Source of the DNA: an uncultured Heliomicrobium sp.
GTDB taxonomy: Bacteria; Acidobacteriota; Blastocatellia; RBC074
NCBI GenBank assembly: GCA_964470555.1
Contig: CAYYDG010000004.1
Location: 33,053-97,052, forward strand
Reading direction: 5' to 3'
Length of the DNA: 64,000 nt
The notes under the pieces are model-generated. The model worked only from the letters and a program-made list of their open reading frames with translations. It searched no databases and was not told where the DNA came from. Shown one piece after another: positions 1-10,831 of the stretch (positions within the stretch are counted from its first letter, which is position 1; each line of letters opens with the position of its first letter). Both the position numbers and the translations under genes were made by a program.

Positions 1-914
1 ACCAACCCGTCTTCGGCGCTCATGCGGGCGTTTTGAACGATCAGATGTCCGGTGAAGCGCGTCGCATCGTCTTCGGTTGCTGTGCCTACCAAAGCTCGTT
101 GGAAAATCGCTTCGGCTTCGGAGTCGCTCAATTCGCAAGTGAACGGCGTCAATGCGGCGTGATCGGTTGCCGTCGCGCCCATTGTTTTGAAAAAAGCGCG
201 GCGGCTTTCCAGCGCTTCGATCAATTTTTTGTAGCTGCCGATTTCGTAGCCGCAGGTTTTGCCCAACTCCTCAATGTTCGCGCGCCAGTCCGGGCGGTCA
301 ATGTTGACGACTCCGTCTGGGCGGAACGTCGGCACAATGCGGCCTTTCCAGCCCGAAGCCTTGATCGCTTTGTGATGTTCCAGCGTGTCGGCGGCGGCGT
401 CGGTCGTCGCCAGAATTTCTATGTTGAAGCGTTCGAACAATTGACGCGGACGAAACTCCGGTTGGGTCAGACAGTCGGCAATTTGATCGTAAATCTTTTG
501 CGCGTTCGCGCCGTTCAGTTTATCGGTCACGCCAAACACATCGTGCAGTTCATGCGCCAGCCACATTCCGGTCGGAGTCCCGCGAAACAGGAAAAAGTTA
601 TCGGCAAAGGTTTGCCAGATTTTGCGATGATCGCTTTCGACTTCGCCGCCGTCCGTGCGCGGCACGCCCAATGATTCCAGCGCGATGCCTTGCGAATAAA
701 GCATGCGGAAAATGTAATGGTCGGGAATCAGCAGAAGTTCCGTAGGCGTGCCGAATTGGTAATCGGGATCGGCAAACATGCGCGGGTCAACGTGACCGTG
801 CGGACACACCAACGGTTTGTCGGCAACCTGGCGATACAAATGCAGAGCGATTTCTTTCTGTTTCGGGTCTGGATCGAAATAACGATCTTCGGGCAAAAGC
901 AGTTTGTCGGTCAC
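1..914 (-). CDS. uxaC: Glucuronate isomerase (uronate isomerase), 3'-truncated by window edge
   Basis: Minus-strand frame open from pos 1 (no stop in window). Translation shows the UxaC-like N-terminal HxH metal motif (PLVCPHGHVDPR), then DHYIFRMLYSQG and AQKIYDQIADCLTQPEFRPRQLFERFNIEILATTD. I did not find an ATG; GTG at 914 aligns with the UxaC N-terminus (TDKLLLPEDRYF). Confidence 0.7.
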   Translation of the reverse strand, partial: MTDKLLLPEDRYFDPDPKQKEIALHLYRQVADKPLVCPHGHVDPRMFADPDYQFGTPTELLLIPDHYIFRMLYSQGIALESLGVPRTDGGEVESDHRKIWQTFADNFFLFRGTPTGMWLAHELHDVFGVTDKLNGANAQKIYDQIADCLTQPEFRPRQLFERFNIEILATTDAAADTLEHHKAIKASGWKGRIVPTFRPDGVVNIDRPDWRANIEELGKTCGYEIGSYKKLIEALESRRAFFKTMGATATDHAALTPFTCELSDSEAEAIFQRALVGTATEDDATRFTGHLIVQNARMSAEDGL

Positions 915-991
915 GATGTGCTCCTGATGTTGAAGAATGGAATGGTCTTTACCAAGTGGAGATGGATGATAGCCGAAGCCCTGCGCCGCGC

Positions 992-1348
992 TCAATCCTG
1001 CAAAGACGAATGCAGTTTTGCGGGCGCGATCATCAACCAGGCCTGGCGAATGTGCGACGCCAATTCCTTGTCTTTGACCCGATTTAGATTGATGCCGATC
1101 CATCCGCGAACGCCGACGTATGGCGGTTTGAAAAACTTGTTCGGTTCGGCTTCGATCAATGCCTGCTGCACTTCGCTGGTGGCGGCGCTCCAGATGGCGA
1201 TGCGCCCATCGTTGTGATGATTGTTGGCGAACATGACGAAAACCTTTTTCTTGACGAAAAACGTCGGTTCGCCATGCGAAAGTTTTTCTTCGACTTCGGG
1301 CAGCGCCAGACAAAACTTCCTGACCCGCACTAGATGATCTTTGGCCAT
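992..1348 (-). CDS. MmcQ/YjbR family DNA-binding protein
   Basis: 118-aa ORF; length and composition resemble the YjbR/MmcQ family as I recall it; sits between lactate permease and uxaC. Confidence 0.55.
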   Translation of the reverse strand: MAKDHLVRVRKFCLALPEVEEKLSHGEPTFFVKKKVFVMFANNHHNDGRIAIWSAATSEVQQALIEAEPNKFFKPPYVGVRGWIGINLNRVKDKELASHIRQAWLMIAPAKLHSSLQD

Positions 1349-1431
1349 AAAATTTTTGAGGAAAAAGCTCAGAGTTCAAGCATTTGCTTGCTGAAATCAA
1401 CCAAGCTGAAGCTTGAACTCTGAACGAAGAA

Positions 1432-3054
1432 TTACGGCACGATGCCGGGAAAAACGTACGCTTGCAGCATCACCAGCAAACCGACCAGAACCGCCAACGC
1501 CACGCTGTGAAAAAACACGTAACGCAAAATCGTGCCTTCCTGACCGTGTTGGTTGGTGGCCATGCTGGCGACGACGATGGATTGCGCATCAATCATTTTG
1601 CCCATCACGCCGCCGGAACTGTTCGACGCTGCCGCCAGCACCGGCGAAAAACCAAGTTGCTGCGCCGTCACTTGCTGCAAATTGCCGAACAAAACGTTGG
1701 ACGAAGTGTCGCTGCCGGTCAAGGCTACGCCCAACCAACCGAGCAAAGGCGAAAAGAAAGGAAACAACGGACCCGTGGCGGCGAATGCCAATCCCATTGT
1801 CGAATCCAAACCGCCAAATCGCGTGGTGAACCCCAACGCCAGCATGGCCGAAATCGTCAACAACGAAAGCCGCGCGCGTTTGAAAGTGCCGATGAAAATC
1901 TTAACCAATTGCAGCAGCGACAACCGCAATATCAAACCGGAAAGAATTCCGGCAAACAGCAATGCTGTTCCGGTTGCCGACAACCAGTTGAAGGCAAATC
2001 GCGCTTCTTCGGCTTTTTCCAGCAAGACGACAGGCGGAGCGCGCAACACGGCTTTGTCTAAAAATGGAACCGGGAATTCCAGCAGTGAAATGCCATTCAA
2101 CAGCGTTTTGATTTGCGGCAAGCCCCACAAAAACACCAGCACGGACAAGATCACCCAGGGCATCCAGGCGCGAACAGCTTCGGAGGTCGAAGGTTTTTGG
2201 ACTACTTCCGCCTCGGCTTCGCCGTCGAATCGCCAGACATTTTTCGGTTGCCAGAATTTCAACAAGACGACCAGCGTCAAAATCGAAACGATGGCTCCGG
2301 CAATGTCCACGACCCAGGGGCCGTGATAATTGCTGACCAGAAATTGCACGATGCCGAAGCTCAAACCAGAAGCCAGACACGCCGGCCAGACTTCGCGCAT
2401 GCCTTTGAATCCAGCCATCGCCCACACCAGCCAGAACGGAACGATCACCGAAAAGAAGGGAAGTTGTCGTCCGGTCATGGCGCTCAATTGTTCCAGCGGC
2501 AACCCCGTGACTTTGGCCAGCGTGATAATCGGAGTCCCCAGCGCGCCGTAAGCCACAGGCGCAGTGTTGCCGATCAAAGCCAACCCGGCGGCTTGCAGCG
2601 GTTTGAATCCCAGTCCGATCAACATCGCGGCGGAAACCGCGACAGGCGTTCCGAATCCGGCGGCTCCTTCGATAAACGCGCCAAAGCTGAAAGCAATCAG
2701 CAACGCCTGAATGCGGCGGTCGTCAGCCAATCCGGCGATGGTTTTTTTGACGACTTCAAACTGGCCGGTTGCTACCGTGATGTCGTAGACAAAAATCGCT
2801 GCCAGCACTATCCAGCCAATCGGGAACAATCCGAAAGCGGCTCCGTTGGCAGCGGCAGCCAGCGCCAGTTTAGTTGGCATGCCGTAAATCAAAATGGCGA
2901 CCAGCAATGCCGAAGCCAGTCCGATCAACGCCGCAATGTGCGCGCGGACGTGAAAAAACGCCAGCAATCCGAGCAGCACGACGACGGGAATGGAAGCGAT
3001 CAACGCCGACAACAGCAAATTCCCGGCAGGGGTATAAACTTGTGTCCAGTTCAT
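1432..3054 (-). CDS. lctP: L-lactate permease (LctP/LldP family)
   Basis: 540 aa, about 12+ TM segments, conserved lactate-permease blocks ([57 protein letters not shown]). AGGAGA sits 12 nt upstream of the ATG. Confidence 0.85.
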   Translation of the reverse strand: MNWTQVYTPAGNLLLSALIASIPVVVLLGLLAFFHVRAHIAALIGLASALLVAILIYGMPTKLALAAAANGAAFGLFPIGWIVLAAIFVYDITVATGQFEVVKKTIAGLADDRRIQALLIAFSFGAFIEGAAGFGTPVAVSAAMLIGLGFKPLQAAGLALIGNTAPVAYGALGTPIITLAKVTGLPLEQLSAMTGRQLPFFSVIVPFWLVWAMAGFKGMREVWPACLASGLSFGIVQFLVSNYHGPWVVDIAGAIVSILTLVVLLKFWQPKNVWRFDGEAEAEVVQKPSTSEAVRAWMPWVILSVLVFLWGLPQIKTLLNGISLLEFPVPFLDKAVLRAPPVVLLEKAEEARFAFNWLSATGTALLFAGILSGLILRLSLLQLVKIFIGTFKRARLSLLTISAMLALGFTTRFGGLDSTMGLAFAATGPLFPFFSPLLGWLGVALTGSDTSSNVLFGNLQQVTAQQLGFSPVLAAASNSSGGVMGKMIDAQSIVVASMATNQHGQEGTILRYVFFHSVALAVLVGLLVMLQAYVFPGIVP

Positions 3055-3526
3055 GGGGGCGATGTGTCTCCTGAATGTGTTTGTGATGAAAATCGGTTGG
3101 CGCAGTCTACCGCTTGCGAGCGGAACTACAAACGCAGACGCGAAAATTTTGCCGGGCGAAGTTGTGAAAAGCTGGCAGGCCTGAGCTAAACCAGAACAAA
3201 CAACATTGAGGCACTGTCTTCAAAGCAGTATGAACGAGATTTTCAACAGGATTTACAAGACCATCAACGTTTGAAGCAATCCAGTCAGGTCTTGATTCTG
3301 ATCGTCCTGAAAAAATCATGTCAATCCTGTTTCAAAGTTTTTTGCTTCGATTTAGAATCCGCGCGTCGAAACAAATTGCTGCCGAAGTTTCGTGAATGAA
3401 TTGCCCCAAATCACAACAAGCACGGCTTCGGCGTTCAACTTTTTCCTCACAATCCAAACCTTCAACATCGCTGACAGGCTCCGCGTGGCGGCAGCGTGTC
3501 TTCATCAACTCAAGAGGTATGTGCCC

Positions 3527-3931
3527 ATGACCCCCGAAGCGCCCTTTTCCCGCGCGCACCGAAAACTCGCGCCTGTTTCTTCTTTGGATGAATTGCTGGT
3601 TTTGCCGGTTCCGATTTCCGAACCGGTCAAACGTTCTGTCTGGATGGATTGTCTGAACGATCTGACGTTTTTGCTTCCGACGTTTGGAATTGTGTTCGGG
3701 TTGTTGTTGCTGGGGCAATCGCCTTTTCTAGGCGCGGCTGCGGTGACGTTGTGCCCGATCATTCTGGCTGTGCGAATCCGGCTGGCTTTGAAATCGCGCC
3801 GCGAACGGCGTCAGGTTTCCGAACTGGTGAACTGGCATCAACGGAATCGTCTTGAAAATCTGCATCGCCACCGCCGGCTCGCCGAAGAATCGCCGGATGT
3901 CATGTATTGTCCGGTTCCGCCAGTGAAGTAA
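3527..3931 (+). CDS. Hypothetical small membrane protein (2 predicted TM)
   Basis: Internal ATG of ORF 3392..3931, with AGAGG 8 nt upstream. Hydrophobic segments LLPTFGIVFGLLLLG and AAAVTLCPIILAV. No family recognised. Confidence 0.35.
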   Translation: MTPEAPFSRAHRKLAPVSSLDELLVLPVPISEPVKRSVWMDCLNDLTFLLPTFGIVFGLLLLGQSPFLGAAAVTLCPIILAVRIRLALKSRRERRQVSELVNWHQRNRLENLHRHRRLAEESPDVMYCPVPPVK

Positions 3932-4006
3932 CGAAAAGGTGAAGAGGGAGAAGGAGTGAAGAGGTGAAAGGGATTTCATCGCCCCATCACCCACTCACCC
4001 CATCAC

Positions 4007-5311
4007 TCACCTCTTCTTCGCTTCTTCAATCCGCTCGCTCAATTCCGCTGTGAAATCAGTGCGCGGATTGTAACCGGCTTGCCGAAACGCGACTTCGCCT
4101 TTGCGGTCGAGAATGATCGTCGTTGGAATGGAGTTGACCTTGAAAAAATCGTTCAGGTAATCGGCATACGCCACTGGCAGATTGAATTTGTGCTGCTTCA
4201 AAAACGGCGCCACCAGTTCGCGGTCTTCGTCAGTGGTGATGGCCAGAAAGGCGACTTCTTTGTCGTCTTTGTATCTGGCCATGGTTTTTTCAAACAGCGG
4301 CAATTCGGTCAGACACGGCCCGCACCAAGTCGCCCAGAAATTAATGACGATGATTTTGCCGCTGAGCGTCGCCAGATCGAGTTTGGAACCGTCCAGTTTG
4401 GTCAGCTTGAAATCGAGCGCACTGTTCGCGCCTTCGTTGATGTTCGGCTGTTCCAGTTTGGCCAATCGTTCATCGCGCTCTTTGATGTAAGCGTCATAAG
4501 TTTTGAGCAATCGGTCGCCCAGTCCGGTTTCAGAGCCTTTTATCGCGGTTTGAAGCTGGCTGAGTTTCTGGCGAATCGCTTTCAGATCAATCTCTTCGTT
4601 GGTGACCAGCGCAATGACAAATCCTTTTGTGTAAAACTCGATCGCTTCGTCCAGAGCCTTGCGCTTTTCCGCCAACTCACCCATCACCAGGGCGGCTCCC
4701 GCTGTGCGCGACGCTCCCATACTTTTCGTCAAATCCGCTTTTGCCTTTTCGTCATTTCCAAGATCGGCGTAAACGCGACCGCGCAACAGATACACAGACG
4801 CCAGTCCCTGCTGTTTGCGTTCTTCCCATTGGGCGGCGCTGATGCGTTTGGGTTTGATGCTTGAAGCGATGATTCCTTCAAACTGGCGGACTAATTGATT
4901 GGCGTAAGTCAGAGCGACATTCAAATCATCCTGGCCTTTTCGTTGTTGTAGCATCGTCACCAAATTGGTCAGCGCATCAATGTTGCCTTCGTTGGCATCC
5001 AGCAGCTTTTCCGCGTAAGAAATCACGCGATCTCGGTCGCGCAATTTGACCGCCAGCTTGTAGACCTCATTTTCGATTTCCTGCCGATGTTCGCTCTTCG
5101 GAAATTTCTTCAGGTAATTTTCCAGATTGATGATGATCTGTGTTTCACTGCCGCCGCTGGATTCAATCGCCTTGCGAAGCTCTGTGTCGGAATCCAACTG
5201 CTGAGCCGGGGCTGTGGCCTGAGCCGATTGGTCCGAGGCTGTTTGCGCTGAAACCGTAACAGTCATAGCGAAACAGATCAGCAAGAGAAAAAGACAGGTT
5301 ATTGATTTCAC
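4007..5311 (-). CDS. TlpA-like thiol:disulfide oxidoreductase with N-terminal TPR region and signal peptide
   Basis: N-terminal signal peptide. C-terminal thioredoxin fold with a WCGPC active site (INFWATWCGPCLTELP). TPR-like helical repeats in the middle. Confidence 0.85.
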   Translation of the reverse strand: MKSITCLFLLLICFAMTVTVSAQTASDQSAQATAPAQQLDSDTELRKAIESSGGSETQIIINLENYLKKFPKSEHRQEIENEVYKLAVKLRDRDRVISYAEKLLDANEGNIDALTNLVTMLQQRKGQDDLNVALTYANQLVRQFEGIIASSIKPKRISAAQWEERKQQGLASVYLLRGRVYADLGNDEKAKADLTKSMGASRTAGAALVMGELAEKRKALDEAIEFYTKGFVIALVTNEEIDLKAIRQKLSQLQTAIKGSETGLGDRLLKTYDAYIKERDERLAKLEQPNINEGANSALDFKLTKLDGSKLDLATLSGKIIVINFWATWCGPCLTELPLFEKTMARYKDDKEVAFLAITTDEDRELVAPFLKQHKFNLPVAYADYLNDFFKVNSIPTTIILDRKGEVAFRQAGYNPRTDFTAELSERIEEAKKR

Positions 5312-5474
5312 TACTTACTCCCCACCGGACAACGCCGGAACGAAATTATCGGCACAACTTCGATTAGCAGTTCCAACGTCATCAACCCCTCATCGCGCTT
5401 GATGCGGCGCTAATCGAATGTGCGCGGATATGATTGCAGAGATGTCGCAGAAAAAAAACAAAGCCGGAAAAAAT

Positions 5475-6332
5475 TCATTGGCGAAGCGCGATGGTTCGGG
5501 GAATGCCTTGCAAATCGTCAAGCAGTCGAACTTCACTCCAACCCAAGGACGCAGCCATCGCCCAAACAGCTTCGGACTGTCCGAAGCCAAGTTCACAAAT
5601 CAGATGTCCGCCGGGGTTCAAACAGGCAGGCGCGTCGGCAAGCAAACGACGATAAAAACTCAGCCCATCGCCGTGGTCGGTCAAGGCCGTGTTCGGTTCC
5701 CAGTCGCGGACTTCGCGTTGCAATGTCGGCAGTTCGTGTGCGGCGATGTAAGGCGGATTGGACAGAATGAAATCGGCAAATGGCGCTTGCGGAAACGCCG
5801 CAAGCAAATCGGATTCGATAAATTCAATGCGGTTTTGCAATTCGTGGCGAGCAGCGTTTTTGCGAGCGACATTCAATGCCGCGGTTGAAATGTCGCAAGC
5901 GAAAATTCTGGCGTTCAACAGTTCGCGTGCCAGCGTGACGGCAATGCAGCCCGAACCTGTGCCGACATCCACGATCGTGGGCGCATTGAGTTTTTGTTCT
6001 TCAACCAGGCGAATGGTTTCTTCGACAATCAGTTCGGTTTCAGGGCGAGGAATCAGCACATCCGATGTGACTTCAAATTCAAGGCCGAAAAATTGCTGGT
6101 GGCCGGTGATGTATTGCAGCGGTTCGCCTGCTGAGCGGCGTTCGATCAAATTGAAGTAAGCCGCCAGCAAATCTTCGCCGAGTTGTTCATTGAAATTGAC
6201 GATCAGGTATGTGCGGTCTTTGCCCAGCGCTTCGGCCAGCAAGGTTTGCGCATCCAGCACATCGTTGGAAACGGATGCCACGCGCAATCGTTCGCTGGCC
6301 AGTTTCAAAGTTTCGGCAATCGTCGCTGGCAT
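5475..6332 (-). CDS. prmC: Release factor glutamine N5-methyltransferase PrmC/HemK
   Basis: SAM-binding motif [12 protein letters not shown] and the NPPY catalytic motif (ILSNPPYI). Immediately downstream of prfA with a 3-nt gap. Confidence 0.9.
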   Translation of the reverse strand: MPATIAETLKLASERLRVASVSNDVLDAQTLLAEALGKDRTYLIVNFNEQLGEDLLAAYFNLIERRSAGEPLQYITGHQQFFGLEFEVTSDVLIPRPETELIVEETIRLVEEQKLNAPTIVDVGTGSGCIAVTLARELLNARIFACDISTAALNVARKNAARHELQNRIEFIESDLLAAFPQAPFADFILSNPPYIAAHELPTLQREVRDWEPNTALTDHGDGLSFYRRLLADAPACLNPGGHLICELGFGQSEAVWAMAASLGWSEVRLLDDLQGIPRTIALRQ

Positions 6333-6335
6333 CGG

Positions 6336-7424
6336 CTAAGCTCCGGCGACTTGTTTTTCAGTTTCGGCTTTCAGTTTTTCGGCCTGGAAATGCGTGACCG
6401 TGGCTTCGATCAATTCATCCAGGTTGCCTTCCATGATTTGATCGAGTTGGTGAATCGTCAGACCTATGCGGTGATCGGTGACACGGTTTTCCTTGAAGTT
6501 GTAGGTGCGAATTTTTTCCGACCGGTCGCCGGTTCCAACCTGATCGCGACGCTCTTTGGCCAGAGCGTCATGCTGTTTCTGCTGCTCGATTTCATACAAA
6601 CGCGAACGCAACACGCGCATGGCTTTTTCACGGTTTTTGATCTGCGACTTTTCGTCCTGCATCGAAACGACCAGGCCGCTGGGCATGTGCGTCAATCGCA
6701 CAGCCGAATAAGTTGTGTTGACCGATTGGCCACCAGGGCCTGAAGAACAAAACGTGTCTACGCGAATGTCTTTGGGATCAATTTTCACGTCTACTTCTTC
6801 AGCTTCGGGCAACACGGCAACCGTCACCGCTGAAGTATGAATGCGTCCGCTGGTTTCAGTCTGCGGCACACGTTGGACGCGATGTCCGCCGGATTCATAT
6901 TTCAGTTTAGAGTAAACGCGGTCCCCTTCAATGATGGCTTCGGCCTTTTGAATGCCGCCCAAACCGGTTTCGGCGGATTCCGTCACCTGGAATTTCCAGC
7001 CTTGCCGTTCGGCGTAACGCGCATACATTCGCAAAACTTCGGCAGCAAATAAACAAGCTTCTTCGCCTCCGGTTCCGGCGCGAACTTCGAAAACGACGTT
7101 CTTTTCGTCGTTCGGGTCTTTGGGCAGGAGCAGGATTTTCAACTCTTCTTCGGCTCGTTGACGGCGCTCTTCCAGTTCAGGCAGTTCGGCTTCGGCCAGT
7201 TCGCGCATTTCGGCGTCATCCACGTCGCGCAAAATTTCCTTGTTGCCTTGAATATCGCTGTCCAGTTTTTTGATCTCGCGGAATTTGACGACGATTGGTT
7301 CCAGTTCACGATGCTGTTTGGCGATCTTGGTGTACCGCGACTGATCGCTGATGACTTCGTTGTCGGTCATCTGCTCGGTCAGTTCTTCGTAAGTTTTTTC
7401 AATGGCTTCAAGTTTCTCAAGCAT
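6336..7424 (-). CDS. prfA: Peptide chain release factor 1
   Basis: GGQ motif ([27 protein letters not shown]); PxT-type RF1 domain. 362 aa. Confidence 0.95.
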   Translation of the reverse strand: MLEKLEAIEKTYEELTEQMTDNEVISDQSRYTKIAKQHRELEPIVVKFREIKKLDSDIQGNKEILRDVDDAEMRELAEAELPELEERRQRAEEELKILLLPKDPNDEKNVVFEVRAGTGGEEACLFAAEVLRMYARYAERQGWKFQVTESAETGLGGIQKAEAIIEGDRVYSKLKYESGGHRVQRVPQTETSGRIHTSAVTVAVLPEAEEVDVKIDPKDIRVDTFCSSGPGGQSVNTTYSAVRLTHMPSGLVVSMQDEKSQIKNREKAMRVLRSRLYEIEQQKQHDALAKERRDQVGTGDRSEKIRTYNFKENRVTDHRIGLTIHQLDQIMEGNLDELIEATVTHFQAEKLKAETEKQVAGA

Positions 7425-7482
7425 AAATCAAAGTAGTCAGTGGTCGGTGGTTCGTTGCGCGAGTTTCAAGCAGTCCCTGATT

Positions 7483-8634
7483 TCAAGCCGGTTGGGCTTG
7501 TTCTTTGGGTTCGAGCTTGAGGGATTCTTTCAGCGCGTAAATGGCGACTTCGAGTTGATCGTCAGATGGTTCGCGCGTCGTCAGGTTTTGCAGCCAGATT
7601 CCAGGCAAGGTCATCAGCCTGAAAATCGCGCCGGATTCTTTTTTGCCTGCGGCGCGGATCACTTCATACGAAATACCCGCGATCAGTGGAATCAGCGCAA
7701 TGCGCGACAGCATGTTCAACAACAGCGAATCGAACTTGATGATCGAAAACAACACGACCGAAACCAGCATGACCACCATCAGAAAGCTGGTTCCGCAGCG
7801 AGGATGTTGGCGCGGGTGGCGACGCGCATTGGCGACCGTCAGTTCTTCGCCCATTTCCCAAGTGAAGACGGTTTTATGTTCTGCGCCGTGATATTCAAAC
7901 ACTCGCTTGATGTCGTTCAGCCGCGAAAACGTATAAATCATCGTGATGAAGAAAATCATGCGTATGACGCCATCCACAAGGTTGAATGAAAACGATGGAC
8001 GAACCGGTTTCATATAAGCTTGTGTCCACGCCCAGGCGGATTGGTACCACGTTTGTCCGGCGGTTTGTTCCACAGCAGCTTGTGGCGCATCGCCCCATCC
8101 GAAGTAAATGAACATTATGTTGGTCAGCAACAATGGCAAAACGATAAACAACATGACATTGAATACCAACGCAAACAGCAGCGATCCTGCGGCTGTTGCC
8201 GTCGCACTGGCGCTTGATGATTTTTCTTTGGATTCATCAGTTTTCATGTTTTTCAATTCTTCTTCAGGCAGATACTCGCCACGCGAATCAAAAACATGAG
8301 CAGTTGTCGCCAATGCGCCGGTTGACGCTGCTGCTTTGATTCCTGTCGAAGCTTTTGCGTCTTCTGCTTCGGCGTCTTCAAAAGCAACAGTGGCCGAAAA
8401 ATTCAGCGCTTTAACTCCGAGAATCATGGAATGAATCAGAACTGCGCTGCCGCGCAGAATCGGGATTTTCAAAATCGGATATTTGTCGCTGAGCTTTGGC
8501 AATGGTTCGGCTTTGTAAACAATGCTGCCGTCCATTTTGCGAACCGCAACGGCGTACGAATTGGGCGCACGCATCATCACACCTTCGATGACAGCCTGAC
8601 CGCCTACAATAATTTCTTTTTCCTGACTCATCAC
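7483..8634 (-). CDS. DUF1385 domain protein with internal Ala/Ser-rich low-complexity insertion
   Basis: N-terminal [12 protein letters not shown] signature of the DUF1385 (YqhQ-like) family. Extra ~60 aa low-complexity segment ([20 protein letters not shown]...[13 protein letters not shown]) plus hydrophobic helices. Confidence 0.75.
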   Translation of the reverse strand: MMSQEKEIIVGGQAVIEGVMMRAPNSYAVAVRKMDGSIVYKAEPLPKLSDKYPILKIPILRGSAVLIHSMILGVKALNFSATVAFEDAEAEDAKASTGIKAAASTGALATTAHVFDSRGEYLPEEELKNMKTDESKEKSSSASATATAAGSLLFALVFNVMLFIVLPLLLTNIMFIYFGWGDAPQAAVEQTAGQTWYQSAWAWTQAYMKPVRPSFSFNLVDGVIRMIFFITMIYTFSRLNDIKRVFEYHGAEHKTVFTWEMGEELTVANARRHPRQHPRCGTSFLMVVMLVSVVLFSIIKFDSLLLNMLSRIALIPLIAGISYEVIRAAGKKESGAIFRLMTLPGIWLQNLTTREPSDDQLEVAIYALKESLKLEPKEQAQPA

Positions 8635-8649
8635 AAACCTGCCTTCATA

Positions 8650-8743
8650 ATGAAAAAAACTAAAGCCACAACGACATTACGAACTTGGCAAGCCTGACCA
8701 CTGGCGGACAGGTAGCCAACGCCGTATAGCGTTGTGGCTCTTA
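8650..8743 (-). terminator. Putative rho-independent terminator/attenuator downstream of rpmE
   Basis: 10-bp perfect inverted repeat AGCCACAACG...CGTTGTGGCT (8664-8673 / 8734-8743). On the minus strand it is followed by UUAGUUUUUUUCAUU. The loop is unusually long (~60 nt). Confidence 0.35.
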
Positions 8744-8875
8744 TTTTTGGAAGCTAACGGTGACCGCAAATGAATGCGGAATGCGTGAGATGGGACACGG
8801 AATTGTCCGCGTTCCCCAGGTTCGACCATATATAAATGGTTGTCCTCATCATCAAATCCGCAATCCGCAATTACA

Positions 8876-9091
8876 TCAAGCCGCCGCCGGAGCTTTTTTA
8901 GCGTATTTCTTCTGGAAACGCTCAACACGCCCGGCAGTATCCACCAACTTCTGCTTGCCGGTGAAAAACGGATGACACGCGGAACAGATTTCCACATTCA
9001 ATTCTTTCTTGGTTGAGCGCGTCGTCCAGGTGTTGCCACAAGCGCAATGGACTTTGCATTCCTGATAATTTGGATGGATTCCTTCTTTCAC
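8876..9091 (-). CDS. rpmE: 50S ribosomal protein L31
   Basis: [48 protein letters not shown] matches L31. GTG start with AAGGAG 7 nt upstream; the ORF-track ATG 42 nt further up is probably an extension. Confidence 0.9.
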   Translation of the reverse strand: MKEGIHPNYQECKVHCACGNTWTTRSTKKELNVEICSACHPFFTGKQKLVDTAGRVERFQKKYAKKAPAAA

Positions 9092-9583
9092 TTTCGTTCT
9101 CCTTTGCTTATTAAAGTTGCCTTTTGGCCGCAATCAGCGGCTACGGTCATATTCAGCAAGAAAATCATTGCCAGCGGGAAACAGGGAAAGTAGCCGAAGC
9201 CTTTTGGCCATGTCAAGCCGCAGGCAATTCAGCGCAAACTATGATGAGCACAGCTTTCACTGTCTAAATTTGCTTTGGCTGTCAAAGCATAAGATAGACG
9301 GTTCTCATCTTTGCGAGCTTCTTCGTAATTCGCGGTGCATTTAGAGTTGATGACGATGATGGAATGGTTGTGCTGGGAGCGATGTGTTTGACGTTGCGCA
9401 GAACAGGGCGATGTTGTAAGCGAGACCTTTCTTATAGCCGCAGAGCAAGATTTAAAGGTCTTCGCATTTGCCGTTGTGTAGCAGTGAACAGGTTCGACGA
9501 GAAGCCGGAGCATTATGCAAGCTGTCATAACTTGAAAGCGACAACATTCGACGTTCAATCTTTTCTCAGCCATGAATTTTTTC

Positions 9584-9612
9584 TTGACACACATGATAAA
9601 CGAGTTTATAAC
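9584..9612 (+). promoter_or_regulatory. Near-consensus sigma70-type promoter (TTGACA - 17 nt - TATAAC)
   Basis: -35 TTGACA at 9584-9589 and -10 TATAAC at 9607-9612 with an exact 17-nt spacer. Lies ~90 nt upstream of the small K/A-rich ORF in an AT-richer intergenic region. Confidence 0.45.
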
Positions 9613-9704
9613 CATATCTAGTGTGTTATTTGCTATAGACTACAAGAGATAAATCAACACTTCATCTTGTGGTTAGGCTATCACGAAGAGAAAGGAGAGA
9701 CATT

Positions 9705-9785
9705 ATGGCAGCCAAGAAAGCAGCGAAAAAGGCACCGGCCAAAAAAGCCGCGAAACCGGCGAAGAAAGCCGCCAAGAAGAAATAA
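9705..9785 (+). CDS. 26-aa Lys/Ala-rich small basic protein (MAAKKAAKKAPAKKAAKPAKKAAKKK)
   Basis: Strong SD (AAAGGAGAGA, GGAG 7 nt before the ATG). Consensus-like promoter upstream and a hairpin plus T-run downstream. Too short for the ORF track; composition resembles histone-H1-like/AlgP-type KAAKK repeats. Confidence 0.45.
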   Translation: MAAKKAAKKAPAKKAAKPAKKAAKKK

Positions 9786-9844
9786 GCTTCTTTAATGCGC
9801 CTTGTTTGCGCAACCTAAACTTATTGTCGAGATTTGATTCATAT

Positions 9845-9882
9845 AGGGAACGGTATTCATACCGCTCCCTATTTTACTTTGG
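9845..9882 (+). terminator. Rho-independent terminator after small K/A-rich ORF
   Basis: Stem AGGGAACGGTAT/ATACCGCTCCCT (11/12 pairs), followed by ATTTTACTTT. Confidence 0.45.
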
Positions 9883-9979
9883 CCGATAGGTAGACTCTGG
9901 AGTGAGCAATAAAACGTTGGCTACGCAGGGTAGCCAGAAAAGGTAAAGCTGATCAGAGAACTTACTGCATCAAATGTGT

Positions 9980-10831
9980 CTATAACCATCCAAGGTCACC
10001 ATGTCGCTCGCCGACCAGGTGCAGGAACAGTGACTCCAGCGTGTCGAACTGTTCTCCTGAGTTTTCGAGTTTGCCGCCTGTCATCAACTGCGATACATCT
10101 CCACGCCAGGCGACTTTCCCATGATTGATGATTGCCACATCGTCACATAGTCGTTCGACTGTTTCCAAGACATGAGTTGTCATAAAAACTGTTCGTCCAC
10201 CAGAGACAAACCGCCGAAGCCAGTCTTTCAGCATTGCCACGCCTGCCGGGTCAATGCTTTCAAATGGCTCGTCGAGAAACAGGATGTCTGGACGATGAAT
10301 GATCGAAGCAGCAAAGGCGACTTTTTTACGCATGCCGGTGCTGAAATCCGCCAACCGTTTATTCGTTGCTGAAGCCAGGTCCATTGCTTCGAGCAATTCT
10401 TCCACGCGGTTGCGAATCGTGGATTCTTCCAAACCGTAGATTCGCGCATTGAATGCCAGAAATTCATGAGCATACAAATGGTCAAACAGCCCCAAGCCTT
10501 CTGGCATGACACCAATTCGCCGTTTAAGAGTGATTGAGTTGCTGTTGAATTCCTGTCCAAGCAATTCGATCATGCCGGAAGTTGGGTCAATCAATCCCGT
10601 CAAACAGCCTATGGTTGTGCTTTTACCGGCGCCGTTTGGGCCAAGGAAGCCAAACATCTTTCCGGTCGGGACAGTTAAAGACAAATCGTTCACAGCCGTC
10701 AGGTTCCCATAACGTTTGGTCAGATTTGAAATACGAACGGCGGTTGCAAAATTAGTTGTCGAATTTGGATTGATGGTTTCAGTTTCAACAGATGCAATCA
10801 TCATTTCAGTTCTAGTCTCTGGCTCCGGCAA
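9980..10831 (-). CDS. ABC transporter ATP-binding protein (ABC-2 type)
   Basis: Walker [13 protein letters not shown] signature FSTGMRKKV, Walker B ILFLDEP, H-loop TTHVLE. Overlaps the upstream permease gene by 20 nt. Confidence 0.9.
   Translation of the reverse strand: MPEPETRTEMMIASVETETINPNSTTNFATAVRISNLTKRYGNLTAVNDLSLTVPTGKMFGFLGPNGAGKSTTIGCLTGLIDPTSGMIELLGQEFNSNSITLKRRIGVMPEGLGLFDHLYAHEFLAFNARIYGLEESTIRNRVEELLEAMDLASATNKRLADFSTGMRKKVAFAASIIHRPDILFLDEPFESIDPAGVAMLKDWLRRFVSGGRTVFMTTHVLETVERLCDDVAIINHGKVAWRGDVSQLMTGGKLENSGEQFDTLESLFLHLVGERHGDLGWL

Noticed and set aside
33-1217. Plus-strand ORFs 33..674 and 690..1217
   Set aside because: They are antisense to the well-supported uxaC reading frame and have low-complexity, Arg/Cys-rich, implausible sequence.
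3332-3994. Minus-strand ORFs 3332..3718, 3505..3762, 3728..3994
   Set aside because: Arg/Gln-rich low-complexity sequence; they overlap the better-supported plus-strand membrane-protein ORF and the tlpA 3' hairpin region.
9229-9615. Minus-strand 128-aa ORF and small plus ORF 9364..9621 in the rpmE-upstream intergenic region
   Set aside because: Cys/His-rich low-complexity sequences in an AT-richer promoter region with no RBS. The region more likely carries promoters (including the TTGACA-17-TATAAC element).
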